Shown piece after piece: positions 47,622 through 57,078 of a stretch of 64,000 nt of DNA. The translations under genes were made by a program, and so were the position numbers. The stretch's first letter is position 1. Every line of letters begins with the position of its first letter. The stretch spans positions 268,121 to 332,120 of the forward strand of contig CAWFGH010000012.1 in the NCBI GenBank assembly GCA_963815255.1. The letters run 5' to 3'. Source of the DNA: an uncultured delta proteobacterium (lineage in GTDB: Bacteria; Desulfobacterota; Binatia; Binatales; Binataceae). Under the pieces are notes generated by a model. It was not told the DNA's origin. It worked only from the letters and a program-made list of their open reading frames with translations, and did no database searches.

Positions 47622-49378
47622 GGCGGCGGCGCGGCACGCGCCGCCGCCTCATCGCCGGCCGCCTGAGAGCCGCCGGCGGAGCCGGCGGCGCTCTGCAATT
47701 CGCGGCCCGCGACCGCGGCGCCGGCGATGCGCGCAGCCGCCATCAGCGCGCGTACCGCGCGCTGATGGCGGCTGTGCTGTGGCTCGCCGCGGCATCCGGC
47801 GCCGCCTTAGGCGGCGCCGGATGCCGCGGCGGGGCGGGAGCGCCTGCGCCGCCGGGCTTTCCGCCCGGCGCGCAGGTGCTCCATCTCGCCGTGCAGGACG
47901 ACGTGCCGACGCTCGACCCGGCCGCCGGCTATGACACCGCCTCGTGGACCTTCGAGCAGATGATTTTCGACACGCTGGTGCGTTACAGCGACGGCGGCGT
48001 CGACCTGGTGCCCGAGATCGCGACGCGGTGGGACGAGTCGCCCGACGCGCGGGTCTTCACGTTTCACCTGCGCCGCGACGCCCGCTTCACCAACGGCCGG
48101 GCGGTAACCGCCGCCGACTTCAAGTACGAAATCGAGCGCGTGCTCAATCCGGCGACGCGCTCGAAGGGGATGGAATATTTTCGCGAGATAACGGGCGCGG
48201 CGGAATTTCAGGCGGGTCATGCACGCGAGGTCGGCGGTATCGCGACGCCCGATCCATGGACGATCGTTTTTCGTCTGGACGGGCCCGATCCGATCTTCGT
48301 GCAGAAGCTCGCGATGCCGTTTGCGGCGGCAGTGCCGCACGAGGTGGTCGAGCGATGGGGCGAGGATTTCTCCAGCCACGTGGTCGGCAGCGGCCCGTTC
48401 AAGCTCGCCCAATGGATCGGCGGCCAGCGCTTGGTGCTGGTGAAGAATCCGGACTACTTCATCAAGGGCGTTCCGCACCTGGACGCGGTAGTCGAGGAAA
48501 TCGGCGCCAGCGACGATTTGCAGTGGCTCAAGTTCGAGGCCGGCGCGATCGACGTTTCGAGAATTCCTTCGGCCGAGTTTCTGTATGTGATGAAGACGCC
48601 GAACCTCCGCGCGCTGACGCTGCATATCGTGGACATCGCTACCGAATATCTCGGGATGAACTGCGGGATGAAGCCGTTCGACGACGTTCGCGTCCGGCGC
48701 GCGTTCAACTACGCGATCGACAAGCACAAGATAATCGCCCTGCTGAACGGACGCGGCGTCGTTGCCGAGGGCGTCCTTCCGCCCGGTTTGCCGGGCTTCA
48801 ATCCGAACCTGAAAGGCTATCCTTACGACCCCGCCAGGGCGCGGTTGCTGCTCGAGGAGGCGGGAGTGGGTAAGGACTTTTCGCCGACGCTCTGGATGCG
48901 CGCCGATCGGACCGAAATGATGATCGGTCAATCGATCCAGCAGGACCTGGCGCTGGTCGGCGTCCACGTGGAGCTAAAGCCGGTCGCATGGGCGCCGCTG
49001 CTCGAAGCGATTCGCCAGCCGGATACCGTCGCGCTGGTCGACCTCGGATGGGAGGCCGATTTTTCCGACCCGCAGAATTTTCTCGAGGTGCTGTTCTCGC
49101 GCAAGCAGTGGGGCGGCAACAATGACACCTTTTATTATAACCCAGAGGTCGACAAATTGCTGGCGGAAGCCGCGCCCCTGACCGACCGCGCGCGGCGCTA
49201 TGCCCTGTATAACCGTGCCGAAGAACTCGTGGTTGCCGACGCGCCTTGGGTCTTTCTCTACAATCCCGTCGCTTACATGATTCGCCAGCCCTGGGTGAAC
49301 GGCTACGTGCTGAATCCGATGCGCCCGACGCGCCTGGAGCAGGTCTGGCTATCCCCGCACGGCCGTGGCCGCGATTAG
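47618..49378 (+). CDS. Opp/Dpp-type ABC transporter substrate-binding protein
   Basis: TLDPA, IFDTLVRY, FTFHLRRDARFTNG, VGSGPFKL, KPFDDVRVRRAFNYAIDK; start uncertain. Confidence 0.92.
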   Translation: MRRRRGTRRRLIAGRLRAAGGAGGALQFAARDRGAGDARSRHQRAYRALMAAVLWLAAASGAALGGAGCRGGAGAPAPPGFPPGAQVLHLAVQDDVPTLDPAAGYDTASWTFEQMIFDTLVRYSDGGVDLVPEIATRWDESPDARVFTFHLRRDARFTNGRAVTAADFKYEIERVLNPATRSKGMEYFREITGAAEFQAGHAREVGGIATPDPWTIVFRLDGPDPIFVQKLAMPFAAAVPHEVVERWGEDFSSHVVGSGPFKLAQWIGGQRLVLVKNPDYFIKGVPHLDAVVEEIGASDDLQWLKFEAGAIDVSRIPSAEFLYVMKTPNLRALTLHIVDIATEYLGMNCGMKPFDDVRVRRAFNYAIDKHKIIALLNGRGVVAEGVLPPGLPGFNPNLKGYPYDPARARLLLEEAGVGKDFSPTLWMRADRTEMMIGQSIQQDLALVGVHVELKPVAWAPLLEAIRQPDTVALVDLGWEADFSDPQNFLEVLFSRKQWGGNNDTFYYNPEVDKLLAEAAPLTDRARRYALYNRAEELVVADAPWVFLYNPVAYMIRQPWVNGYVLNPMRPTRLEQVWLSPHGRGRD

Positions 49379-49393
49379 GTTTCCGACGGCCTC

Positions 49394-49410
49394 ATAGCTA
49401 TAATGGCCAT
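49394..49410 (+). promoter_or_regulatory. TA operator/promoter: two adjacent 8-bp palindromes over a TATAAT box
   Basis: ATAGCTAT (49394-49401) and ATGGCCAT (49403-49410); TATAAT at 49399-49404, 6 nt before the antitoxin ATG. Confidence 0.6.
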
Positions 49411-49716
49411 ATGAAGAAAGCGGGAATTGCCGAGCTGAAAAACAACCTCTCGCGGTACATCAACTACGTGAAGGGTGGCGAGACGGTGCTGGTGCTCGAC
49501 CGCAAAGTGCCGGTCGCGCGGATTACTCCGATCGCTCAGGTTGCTGCGGCGGGCCACAAGATGACGGACGAGGAACGGTTGGATTATCTCGAGAGCATCG
49601 GGGCGATTCGCCGGGGCAAGGGTGACATGCGGGAATGGCTCAAGCATCACAAGCCCATTAAGGTGCGCGGCAGCGTTCTTCAGGCGCTACTGGATGAGCG
49701 CGAGAGCGGCTGGTGA
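49411..49716 (+). CDS. Phd/YefM-family antitoxin
   Basis: MKKAGIAELKNNLSRYINYVKGGETVLVLDRKVPVARITP. Confidence 0.88.
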   Translation: MKKAGIAELKNNLSRYINYVKGGETVLVLDRKVPVARITPIAQVAAAGHKMTDEERLDYLESIGAIRRGKGDMREWLKHHKPIKVRGSVLQALLDERESGW

Positions 49717-50141
49717 GGTTTTGGGACAGTTCCGCGCTGGTTCCCGTATTTCTTGTCGAACCAACTAGTGACTGGGCTCGAAAAGTGATGAATAGCGATC
49801 CGCGTGTGGCCGTTTGGGCTCTAACACGGGTCGAGTTGATCTCCGCGATAGAGAGACGCCGGCGTGATGATCCCGATCTGGCCAGCCGTTTCTCCGCCGC
49901 CCGCGCTGACCTGATGAAGACTTGGAGTATATGGACCGAGATCGCCATGATCGAAGCGGTCCGCGAACATGCCGAGCGCGTGGTCGCGACCCATCCATTG
50001 CGCGCGGCCGATGCGTTGCAGCTTGGGGCCGCACTGGTTGCCGCCAGCGGAAGTCCCGCCACGCTTCAATTCGTCACGCTTGACCGGCGCCTTGCCGTCG
50101 CAGCTGAACGCGAAGGATTCCCGGTCCTCGGCCCGCACTGA
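49713..50141 (+). CDS. vapC: VapC PIN-domain toxin
   Basis: FWDSSALVP, VELISAI.R, HPLRAADALQLGAAL, FVTLDRRL; GTGA overlap with the antitoxin. Confidence 0.88.
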   Translation: MRFWDSSALVPVFLVEPTSDWARKVMNSDPRVAVWALTRVELISAIERRRRDDPDLASRFSAARADLMKTWSIWTEIAMIEAVREHAERVVATHPLRAADALQLGAALVAASGSPATLQFVTLDRRLAVAAEREGFPVLGPH

Positions 50142-50155
50142 CTGTCGCGATTTTT

Positions 50156-50911
50156 CTACTGAGCGACGTAACCGCCGTCGACCGGGAAAATCCCGCCGAC
50201 CACAAAGGTCGCCTCGTCCGAGCACAGCCACGCGACCGCACGTGCAATCTCTTCCGGGCTGGCCATCCGCCCGATCGGCAGCCGGCTATTGATCGCTTCG
50301 ATGATTCCGGGCGTGTCCTTGATTACGGCTTCCGCAAGTGGTGTTAAGGTCGGTCCGGGGCATACGGCGTTCACTCGAATCCCGCGCGCCGCAACTTCGA
50401 TCGCCGCGGTTTTGGTAAGGCCAACTACGCCGTGCTTGCTGGCCGAATAGGCGGGCATCTGTGGCGAACCTACCACGCCGAAGTTCGATGCGATGTTCAC
50501 GATTGCGCCGCTGCCGCGACGCAGCATCTCCCGCAGCTCATACTTCATACACAGAAAGACGCCCTTGAGGTTGGTATCGACGATGCGATCCCAGTTTTCC
50601 TCGGTGCAATCGGCTGTGGAAGCCAACTCGCCCTGAATTCCGGCGTTGTTCACCGCGCAATCGAGCCTGCCGAAGGTCCGGACCGTGAAGGCGATAAGTT
50701 CCTGGACCTCGTCAGTTTTGGAAACGTCTGTCCGCCGCGAGGCCGCTTCGGCCCCCGATTTTTTCAGTTCCGCGCAGGTCCGGGCGCCGGCTTGTTCATT
50801 GAAATCCGCGACCATCACTTTTGCGCCCGCCGCCGCGAGGCTCTGCGCAACCGCCCGGCCGATACCCGATCCCGCGCCGGTCACTAAAGCCACCTTGTCT
50901 GTGAGGTTCAT
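50156..50911 (-). CDS. Short-chain dehydrogenase/reductase
   Basis: VTGAGSGIG, NNAG, YSASKHG, NAVCPG. Confidence 0.93.
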   Translation of the reverse strand: MNLTDKVALVTGAGSGIGRAVAQSLAAAGAKVMVADFNEQAGARTCAELKKSGAEAASRRTDVSKTDEVQELIAFTVRTFGRLDCAVNNAGIQGELASTADCTEENWDRIVDTNLKGVFLCMKYELREMLRRGSGAIVNIASNFGVVGSPQMPAYSASKHGVVGLTKTAAIEVAARGIRVNAVCPGPTLTPLAEAVIKDTPGIIEAINSRLPIGRMASPEEIARAVAWLCSDEATFVVGGIFPVDGGYVAQ

Positions 50912-50936
50912 ACCGCGTTTTTAGTGATGAACGGAT

Positions 50937-51275
50937 CTAAGGATTCAGGTCGCGCGTCACTACGAATCGCGCCGGATCGCAGCCTCCGGTGACCTTCGGC
51001 TCGTGGAACAGTTCCACCCCGATTGAGACTTCGGCCAATGACAGGGTGAGGAACAGGAGCCGTAGTGCATCCTGCGGCATTTCCTCCAGGGAAAATTGGT
51101 CCAGGTACGCGAGTATCTCTTCGAGTCTCGGCAGCAATGCGTTATAGAGCGCGCTGATCTCGTCCATCGAGCTCGCGAGCCGCTTCCTGTTCCGCTCAAC
51201 GCTCGTCGGCAGCATCCAGTCAGCAAATCGCTCGAGATCTGAAAATCCTGATGGCAATGGCAATTGAGTATTCAT
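50937..51275 (-). CDS. Small hypothetical protein coupled to the Rieske oxygenase
   Basis: 112 aa, ATGA overlap with the Rieske stop; amphipathic helices (LP..FSDLERFADW.LPT..ER...RLASSMDEI). Confidence 0.7.
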   Translation of the reverse strand: MNTQLPLPSGFSDLERFADWMLPTSVERNRKRLASSMDEISALYNALLPRLEEILAYLDQFSLEEMPQDALRLLFLTLSLAEVSIGVELFHEPKVTGGCDPARFVVTRDLNP

Positions 51276-52492
51276 TTTAATCTGAGTTCAACCCCGTCGC
51301 GGTTATTGTTAGTGGCCGTCGCGCCGTTCTCTTCACCAAAGATGTGCCTGCGCACTTCCTTGTGGAAATGCCTTATCTGGATCTCTTCGTCCTGCAGTTG
51401 GAAATGGCTCAGCGCTCCCGAATTGAGACTGGCCTGAATAGCTTCGTGATTGCTCGCGTCCTCCTGCAACAGATCGCGCAGGCGGCATCGATTGTACTCC
51501 TGCGCAAACCGCTCGCTCGGTTTGCTGGTCGCCGGTTGATACATGCTGATTTCCCATACGCTGCGATCGACCGCGATGGGCCAGATGTTGTAGGTAACGT
51601 ACGTTCCGGCCAGGAACAGCATGCAGAAATTCGGAAACACGGTGTAGAAATCGAACCATCCGATCATCGACGGATGCACCTGTCCGCCGCGCGGATTCGC
51701 ATTGATGGCTATTGATTCAACCGGCGTCAGCTTGTGATCGGGGTTCAATTCGGTTGAGTAGGCCGTATGGCGTCCGAAGCGCGTAAATTTCTGGATGCGA
51801 CTGAACTTTTGCTCATTCAAGGGACAGAAATCGGGATAGGTAATGTGCAGGAACGGCAGATGGTAAACCTCATTTTGCGCGTCCAGGATTACCTTCCAGT
51901 TCGCTTTTTCCTCAACTCTGTAGCGGCACATCAGCCGCTGCTGATCAAAAGGGTACCCATGAATCTGCTGAACCATCCCGGCCATGTACTCGGCAAGGGT
52001 CTCGGAGGGATGAGGATTCAAGTTGATGAAAATAAACCCTTCCCATAGGTCCGCAGCGATCGGTTTCAATCCCAGCGCGCTCTTGTCGATGTCGTAAAAG
52101 TTGGCCTCGTCGGACACCCAGGTGAGCTGGCCGGCCGTGTCGTAAGCCCAACTGTGAAAGCGGCAAACGAAGCGGCCCTTGCACAGCCCCTTCTCTTCGT
52201 CGACCAGCCGATTGCCGCGATGCACGCAGACGTTGTGGAACGCCCTGATTTTCCGGTCCTTGCCGCGCACCAGCAGGACGGAGGTGTTGGCAATCGCGAG
52301 ATCGCGGACCACGTAACTGCCGGGCTCCGGAAGGTCTTCCTCGCGGCCCATGTTGAGCCAGCTCCTGCGAAAGATGCGGTCGCGCTCCAGCTCAAACAGT
52401 TCCGGGGACGTGCAGGTCTCGGTAGGTACCGGCCCCGTGCCAAGATCAGGATGCTCTTTTATCCAGCGCCGGTTGGCCATCACTGTTTTCAT
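51272..52492 (-). CDS. Rieske non-heme iron oxygenase alpha subunit
   Basis: NVCVHRG...CRFHSW Rieske motif, NEVYHLPFLH iron site, QED; GGGAGAGG upstream of the ATG at 52492. Confidence 0.93.
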   Translation of the reverse strand: MKTVMANRRWIKEHPDLGTGPVPTETCTSPELFELERDRIFRRSWLNMGREEDLPEPGSYVVRDLAIANTSVLLVRGKDRKIRAFHNVCVHRGNRLVDEEKGLCKGRFVCRFHSWAYDTAGQLTWVSDEANFYDIDKSALGLKPIAADLWEGFIFINLNPHPSETLAEYMAGMVQQIHGYPFDQQRLMCRYRVEEKANWKVILDAQNEVYHLPFLHITYPDFCPLNEQKFSRIQKFTRFGRHTAYSTELNPDHKLTPVESIAINANPRGGQVHPSMIGWFDFYTVFPNFCMLFLAGTYVTYNIWPIAVDRSVWEISMYQPATSKPSERFAQEYNRCRLRDLLQEDASNHEAIQASLNSGALSHFQLQDEEIQIRHFHKEVRRHIFGEENGATATNNNRDGVELRLK

Positions 52493-52697
52493 AGCAATTG
52501 AACCTCTCCCAGAATCGACGGTGGCATCACCAGAAAATCGCAAGCTCTATCCTGTGATTTACGGTCCATTATCTTCGCGCCGATGCAACTTGCAAGCGCT
52601 CCGGACATTCAAACGTTTCCGGGAGTCCGGGAGCGTCGACGCAAGCATCGCGCGCCGGTGATACACCGTCCGTAGAATCGGCTATAATCCGCGCGCG

Positions 52698-53462
52698 ATG
52701 GCGAACAAGGGGATTTCTCGCCCGGGAGTTTCCTATGCGCGCGAGGCGATGGCGCATCTGCGCGCTGCCGATCCGGTCCTGGCGCGCCTAATCGACGCGG
52801 TCGGCCCGATCGAGATTGCGCTGCGTCGCGAGCGCTTTGCGGCGCTCGGCCGCGCGATCATTTTTCAGCAGCTCGCCGGCGCCGCCGCTCGCACAATCCA
52901 TGATCGCTTCGTCGCGCTCTTCCCGGGCCGGCGCTTTCCCAGTCCGCGCCAGGTGCTCGACGCGTCGCCCGAAGACCTTCGCCGGGTCGGGCTCTCGCGT
53001 CAGAAGAGCCTCTACCTAAAGGACCTCGCCGCGCACGTCGAGAACGGCGCTCTCAACTTCCATCGCTTCTCCAAGATGGAGGACGAGGAGATCATCGTCG
53101 ATCTCACGCGCGTGCACGGGATCGGACGATGGACCGCGGAGATGTTCCTGATGTTCAATCTCGGCCGTCCCGACGTTTTGCCTGTCGACGATCTCGGAGT
53201 TCGGAACGCCGCCCGCCGGCTCTACCGGATGCGCAAGATGCCCGACGCAAAGCGGCTGCGCGCGTTGGCCGAGCGATGGCGACCCTATCGGTCGGCCGCA
53301 TCATGGTATCTGTGGCGGAGCGGCGACGTCGTGCTGCCCGACGGCGCTTCGCCCAAGCCCCGGTCCTCGACGCGCGGAAAGTCAAAAGTACGCAAAAAAC
53401 CTATCGCGGCGCCATCGCCTCCAGCGCCCGCTCGTCCGGGCGATGGCCGCCCGCGGAACTGA
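52698..53462 (+). CDS. alkA: DNA-3-methyladenine glycosylase II (HhH-GPD)
   Basis: IIFQQLAGAAA, GLSRQK, VHGIGRWTAEMFLMF.LGRPDVLPVDDLG, WRPYRS. Confidence 0.88.
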   Translation: MANKGISRPGVSYAREAMAHLRAADPVLARLIDAVGPIEIALRRERFAALGRAIIFQQLAGAAARTIHDRFVALFPGRRFPSPRQVLDASPEDLRRVGLSRQKSLYLKDLAAHVENGALNFHRFSKMEDEEIIVDLTRVHGIGRWTAEMFLMFNLGRPDVLPVDDLGVRNAARRLYRMRKMPDAKRLRALAERWRPYRSAASWYLWRSGDVVLPDGASPKPRSSTRGKSKVRKKPIAAPSPPAPARPGDGRPRN

Positions 53463-54270
53463 TCGGCGAGATCACGACATGGTTCGCGCCCGCCTCGAGA
53501 TGACCGTCCAGGCATAGCCGCAACCGCCGCTCGTCGCCCCACGCCACCAGCGAATCGACGAGCCGGTCGCTGCCGTCGCCGGCGAGGTCGGCGTCGGTAA
53601 AGCCGAGCGCGCGCAAATGCGTATGGTAGGTTGGCGAGCCCAGGTAGAAATGCAGGAACTTGCGTGCGGCGGCGCGCGCCCGCGCCGCGTCGGTCTCGAG
53701 CATCACCACCTGCTGCGCGCAGATCCATTTGCCAGGGCCGATGGTCGCGCGCATCGTGGCGATCGCCTCGGGCGGCATCAGCGCCGTGATCGTGCCCATC
53801 GTCTCGCTCATCGCCAACTCGAGCATCCGCGGCCGAAGCGCCGCGAGGATCATCGGCGGCTCGGCAGCGGGACGTGGGCCGTAATACGGGGCCTCGCGCA
53901 TCCGGAGGAGGTACTCGCGCATGTAGCTGAGCGGTTTCTCGTAGTTCAGCCCGTGACGTTTCATGAACGGGCCCCCGCTCACGCCCATCCCGAGGATGAA
54001 TCGCTCGGGGAACATCTCGCCCAGCGTACGCGCCGCACCGGCCATCGCCGGCGCCTCGCGTTTCCATACCACCGCGACCGCCGCGCCCGCGATTAGCCGC
54101 TCGGTGTTGCCGAGCACGTGTGCCGCGCACACGAACGGATCGCGTCCGAAGGTTTCCGGAAACCACAACGCGCTATAACCCAGATGTTCCAGCTTGCGGG
54201 CCAAGGCGGCGACTTCCCCGGCGCTAAGCGTATCGAGGTAAGAAAAGACACCAAATTTTCCGAGTTCCAT
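53401..54270 (-). CDS. LLM-class (probably F420-dependent) oxidoreductase
   Basis: LGYSALWFPE, RFILGMGVS, ILAALRPRML, SDRLVDSLVAWG, AGANHV; converges on alkA. Confidence 0.85.
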   Translation of the reverse strand: MELGKFGVFSYLDTLSAGEVAALARKLEHLGYSALWFPETFGRDPFVCAAHVLGNTERLIAGAAVAVVWKREAPAMAGAARTLGEMFPERFILGMGVSGGPFMKRHGLNYEKPLSYMREYLLRMREAPYYGPRPAAEPPMILAALRPRMLELAMSETMGTITALMPPEAIATMRATIGPGKWICAQQVVMLETDAARARAAARKFLHFYLGSPTYHTHLRALGFTDADLAGDGSDRLVDSLVAWGDERRLRLCLDGHLEAGANHVVISPISSAGGHRPDERALEAMAPR

Positions 54271-54313
54271 GGGCACTCCTCACTCCGTGGAGCATCACAG
54301 GTGCTAAGAATGT

Positions 54314-55150
54314 TCACCGACCTGATAGCCTTCCTTCGCCTCCGTCATATTGAAATATCTGGCCCGTATACAAGCCAGCCTGGCTTGAACAAAGGAAAAC
54401 GACGGGCCGCACTATATCCTCGGCGCGCATATCCACGGGAATAAGTTGTTCCGCTTTGGCAGATTCGAAGTTGTCATGCGTAAACTTGCTGAGCTGATTT
54501 TCGGTCTGAACCCAGCCGGGGCAAAACCCGAAAATCCGAATGGTATTTTCAGAAGTATTTTTGCTACCGACAAATTGGGCCAGACGTTGAATCCCGGATT
54601 CAAGGAAAGCCTTACCGCCACCGTATCCAAGCATGTCGGGCTGGAAAATCTTGCTGCCATGGCGTGATGTGAATATACAAACGCTTCCACCGCCGCCCTC
54701 ACGCATTGAGGCAATAAGTTGTCGCGCGGCGAGAATCGGCGCCAATCCATTTATACGTATCAAGTCTTCCAATTCGCCCTGTTTGACGGTTTCAAAATCA
54801 ACCCGACGATCCAATCCGACGGTGCATACGACGGTTTTCGGCGAGCCCAACTCTCTTACAGCGGTATCCAGTGCGCGCTCCCTTTCGGATTCAATAGCGA
54901 GATCAGCCGCAAAGACACGCGGAAGAAAAGTCGGAGAAGCGGAAGAGGATTCGTGCCGAGCTAAACTTTGTGCCAGCGCTTCTGCGCGAGTTCCATCCCT
55001 GTCGACAATTCCCACTTTTGCGCCTAGCGATAAAAAGGCTTCGACTAAAGCCGCCCCGATACCATTGGCTCCGCCAAGGACGAGAACAGTTTTACTCTCG
55101 AACTCGGGGTAGTCCCGACATGAAGGGGTTTTTCTTGAATAGTGCTGCAT
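54314..55150 (-). CDS. Divergent SDR resembling NAD-dependent xylose dehydrogenase (XylB type)
   Basis: YP....KTVLVLGGANGIG, YGGGK catalytic motif, PGWVQTENQ, FLCS..A...TGQ...DGG; lower GC than neighbours. Confidence 0.7.
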   Translation of the reverse strand: MQHYSRKTPSCRDYPEFESKTVLVLGGANGIGAALVEAFLSLGAKVGIVDRDGTRAEALAQSLARHESSSASPTFLPRVFAADLAIESERERALDTAVRELGSPKTVVCTVGLDRRVDFETVKQGELEDLIRINGLAPILAARQLIASMREGGGGSVCIFTSRHGSKIFQPDMLGYGGGKAFLESGIQRLAQFVGSKNTSENTIRIFGFCPGWVQTENQLSKFTHDNFESAKAEQLIPVDMRAEDIVRPVVFLCSSQAGLYTGQIFQYDGGEGRLSGR

Positions 55151-55273
55151 TGGTTTGAAGGAGCTTCTTCTATTTGGCGGCCGCCGAGGAAAGTATGCTC
55201 GCATTCCACGCGGCCCCATAGCGAACGCGATTCGTTGTGGCGGGCAAACCGCTTGTGAAATGATGAGGCCGCG

Positions 55274-56140
55274 ATGGATTACTTCTCCGAAAGGCTGCTC
55301 GAGGCGCAGCGGCGCAAGCGAAGCGTCGCGATGCTAGGCGTCGATCCGCAACTCGACGCGCCCGGGGCGCCCGGCCTGCCCGAGGGCTATACGCTCTCCC
55401 GTTTCTGCTGCGCGATCGTCGAGGCGTGCGCCGCCTCGGTTTGCGCGATCAAGCCGCAACTCGCTTTTTTCGAGGCGCGCGGGATGGACGGGATGCGCGC
55501 GCTGACAGAAGTTATCGCGCTCGCGCGCCGGCTGGGGTTGCTGACCGTCGCCGACGCCAAGCGCGGGGATATCGGCTCGACCTCGGCCGCGTATGCCGAG
55601 GCCTTCCTTGGTGACGGCGATTTCGGATGCGACGCCGTGACGGTGAATCCTTACCTGGGGAGCGATGCGATCGCGCCATTCGTAACCCGCGTGCGCGAGG
55701 GCCGCGGCCTGTTCGTGCTGGTCAAGACTTCCAATCCGTCCTCGGGTGAGTTCCAGGACCGTGCAGCCGACGGCGCGCCGATGTGGGAGTGGGTGGCGCG
55801 GCGAGTCGAAGGGTGGGGCAGCGACCTTGTCGGTCCGAGCGGGCTGAGCCCGGTGGGCGCCGTGGTCGGTGCGACCTATCCGCAGCATGCCGCCCGCGCG
55901 CGCGAGTTGATGCCGCATGCGACTGTCCTGGTGCCTGGCTACGGAGCGCAGGGCGCGAGCGCTGCCGACGCGGTGCGAGCGGCGCGCTCCGACGGCTCTG
56001 GAGCCGTCGTCAATGCGAGCCGCAGTCTGATGTACGCATACCTCAAGCGGCCCGATTCGGCGCCTGGCCAGGCGGCAGCCGAAGCGGCCGAGGCGATGAG
56101 GGCGGAACTCAACGCCGCCCTTGCCGCGCGCGGCGCTTAA
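55274..56140 (+). CDS. pyrF: Orotidine-5'-phosphate decarboxylase (type 2)
   Basis: LGVDP, IKPQLAFFE, DAKRGDIGST, TVNPYLG, LVKTSNP, VVGAT, LVPGYGAQG, NASRS. Confidence 0.95.
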   Translation: MDYFSERLLEAQRRKRSVAMLGVDPQLDAPGAPGLPEGYTLSRFCCAIVEACAASVCAIKPQLAFFEARGMDGMRALTEVIALARRLGLLTVADAKRGDIGSTSAAYAEAFLGDGDFGCDAVTVNPYLGSDAIAPFVTRVREGRGLFVLVKTSNPSSGEFQDRAADGAPMWEWVARRVEGWGSDLVGPSGLSPVGAVVGATYPQHAARARELMPHATVLVPGYGAQGASAADAVRAARSDGSGAVVNASRSLMYAYLKRPDSAPGQAAAEAAEAMRAELNAALAARGA

Positions 56141-56207
56141 GCGCTGTAGCTCGCTAATACTTCAACGGAAAATCGGAAGAGCGTGTCGCGCGTGGCGACA
56201 CGCCGGT

Positions 56208-56786
56208 TCAGGTGCGCATCAGCTCGACTTCGTCAGCCGCGAGCGTCGCGTAAACCTCGCGCTCGATCGAGCGGTAGCGGTCGAGCGCCTCGTCGGCCTT
56301 GGCTTCAGAGCCGTCTTCCCTGGCGATCTCGCGCATCTTCTTCTCGATCCACGACAGGTGCCAGGTTTCGTCCTCGGTGACGGCCTTGAGGACTTCGCGG
56401 GTCTCGTCGTCGACGTTAGGCAGCGCGGCGTGCGCCATGTAGCGGCTCTGCGCGCGCTCCTCGACGACCACGGTCAGCGCGAGCAGCTCGACCACGGTTT
56501 TGGGCACGCCGAGCCGCAGTCCGAGGCGGCGCTGATAGCCGTCCGCGAGCATCAGAGGCGTGCCGCCGAGGTCAGCGATACGCCGGGTCCATAGCCAGGC
56601 GTGGCGGGTTTCGTCGGCCAGATGCTTGGCCATCTTGAGCTGCGAATCGCCGTCCTTCATGTGGCCGATCAGATTGAACAACAGGCGTGCTCCGCGCAAT
56701 TCCGCGTCCCGATAGACGCTGAAAATCAGGATCTGCTTGTCGGTCGCCGACATTCTGCCGGTTTCCGTTACCTGGCTTGCTTCCAT
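56208..56786 (-). CDS. Ferritin-like di-iron protein
   Basis: AELRG, DETRH, VVEERA, DETWH carboxylate/His pattern. Confidence 0.8.
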   Translation of the reverse strand: MEASQVTETGRMSATDKQILIFSVYRDAELRGARLLFNLIGHMKDGDSQLKMAKHLADETRHAWLWTRRIADLGGTPLMLADGYQRRLGLRLGVPKTVVELLALTVVVEERAQSRYMAHAALPNVDDETREVLKAVTEDETWHLSWIEKKMREIAREDGSEAKADEALDRYRSIEREVYATLAADEVELMRT

Positions 56787-57078
56787 TACTTTTGTGCTCC
56801 TCCGCCCACGCCCTTTGCTTCTCCGCCCGCGCCGTCATCGCGAAAGCGAAACGATTCATCAACTTTTAACAAGCGAACAGCACTGCGGGCGGCAAACAAA
56901 GCGGTTCGCTCTTAACTATTTCATTGAGCGGGCGCGGTCAAGCTGGAGTTTGCGACGTCCGCCGCCTTGTATTAGCTCGAATTTGTTACTTGAGATACAA
57001 GTACGCCCATCGCGGCCCACGCGTTTCGTCGAACTTCCACTCTGTCTCAAAACGACGCCACGGCCGCCATGGAGGCTG

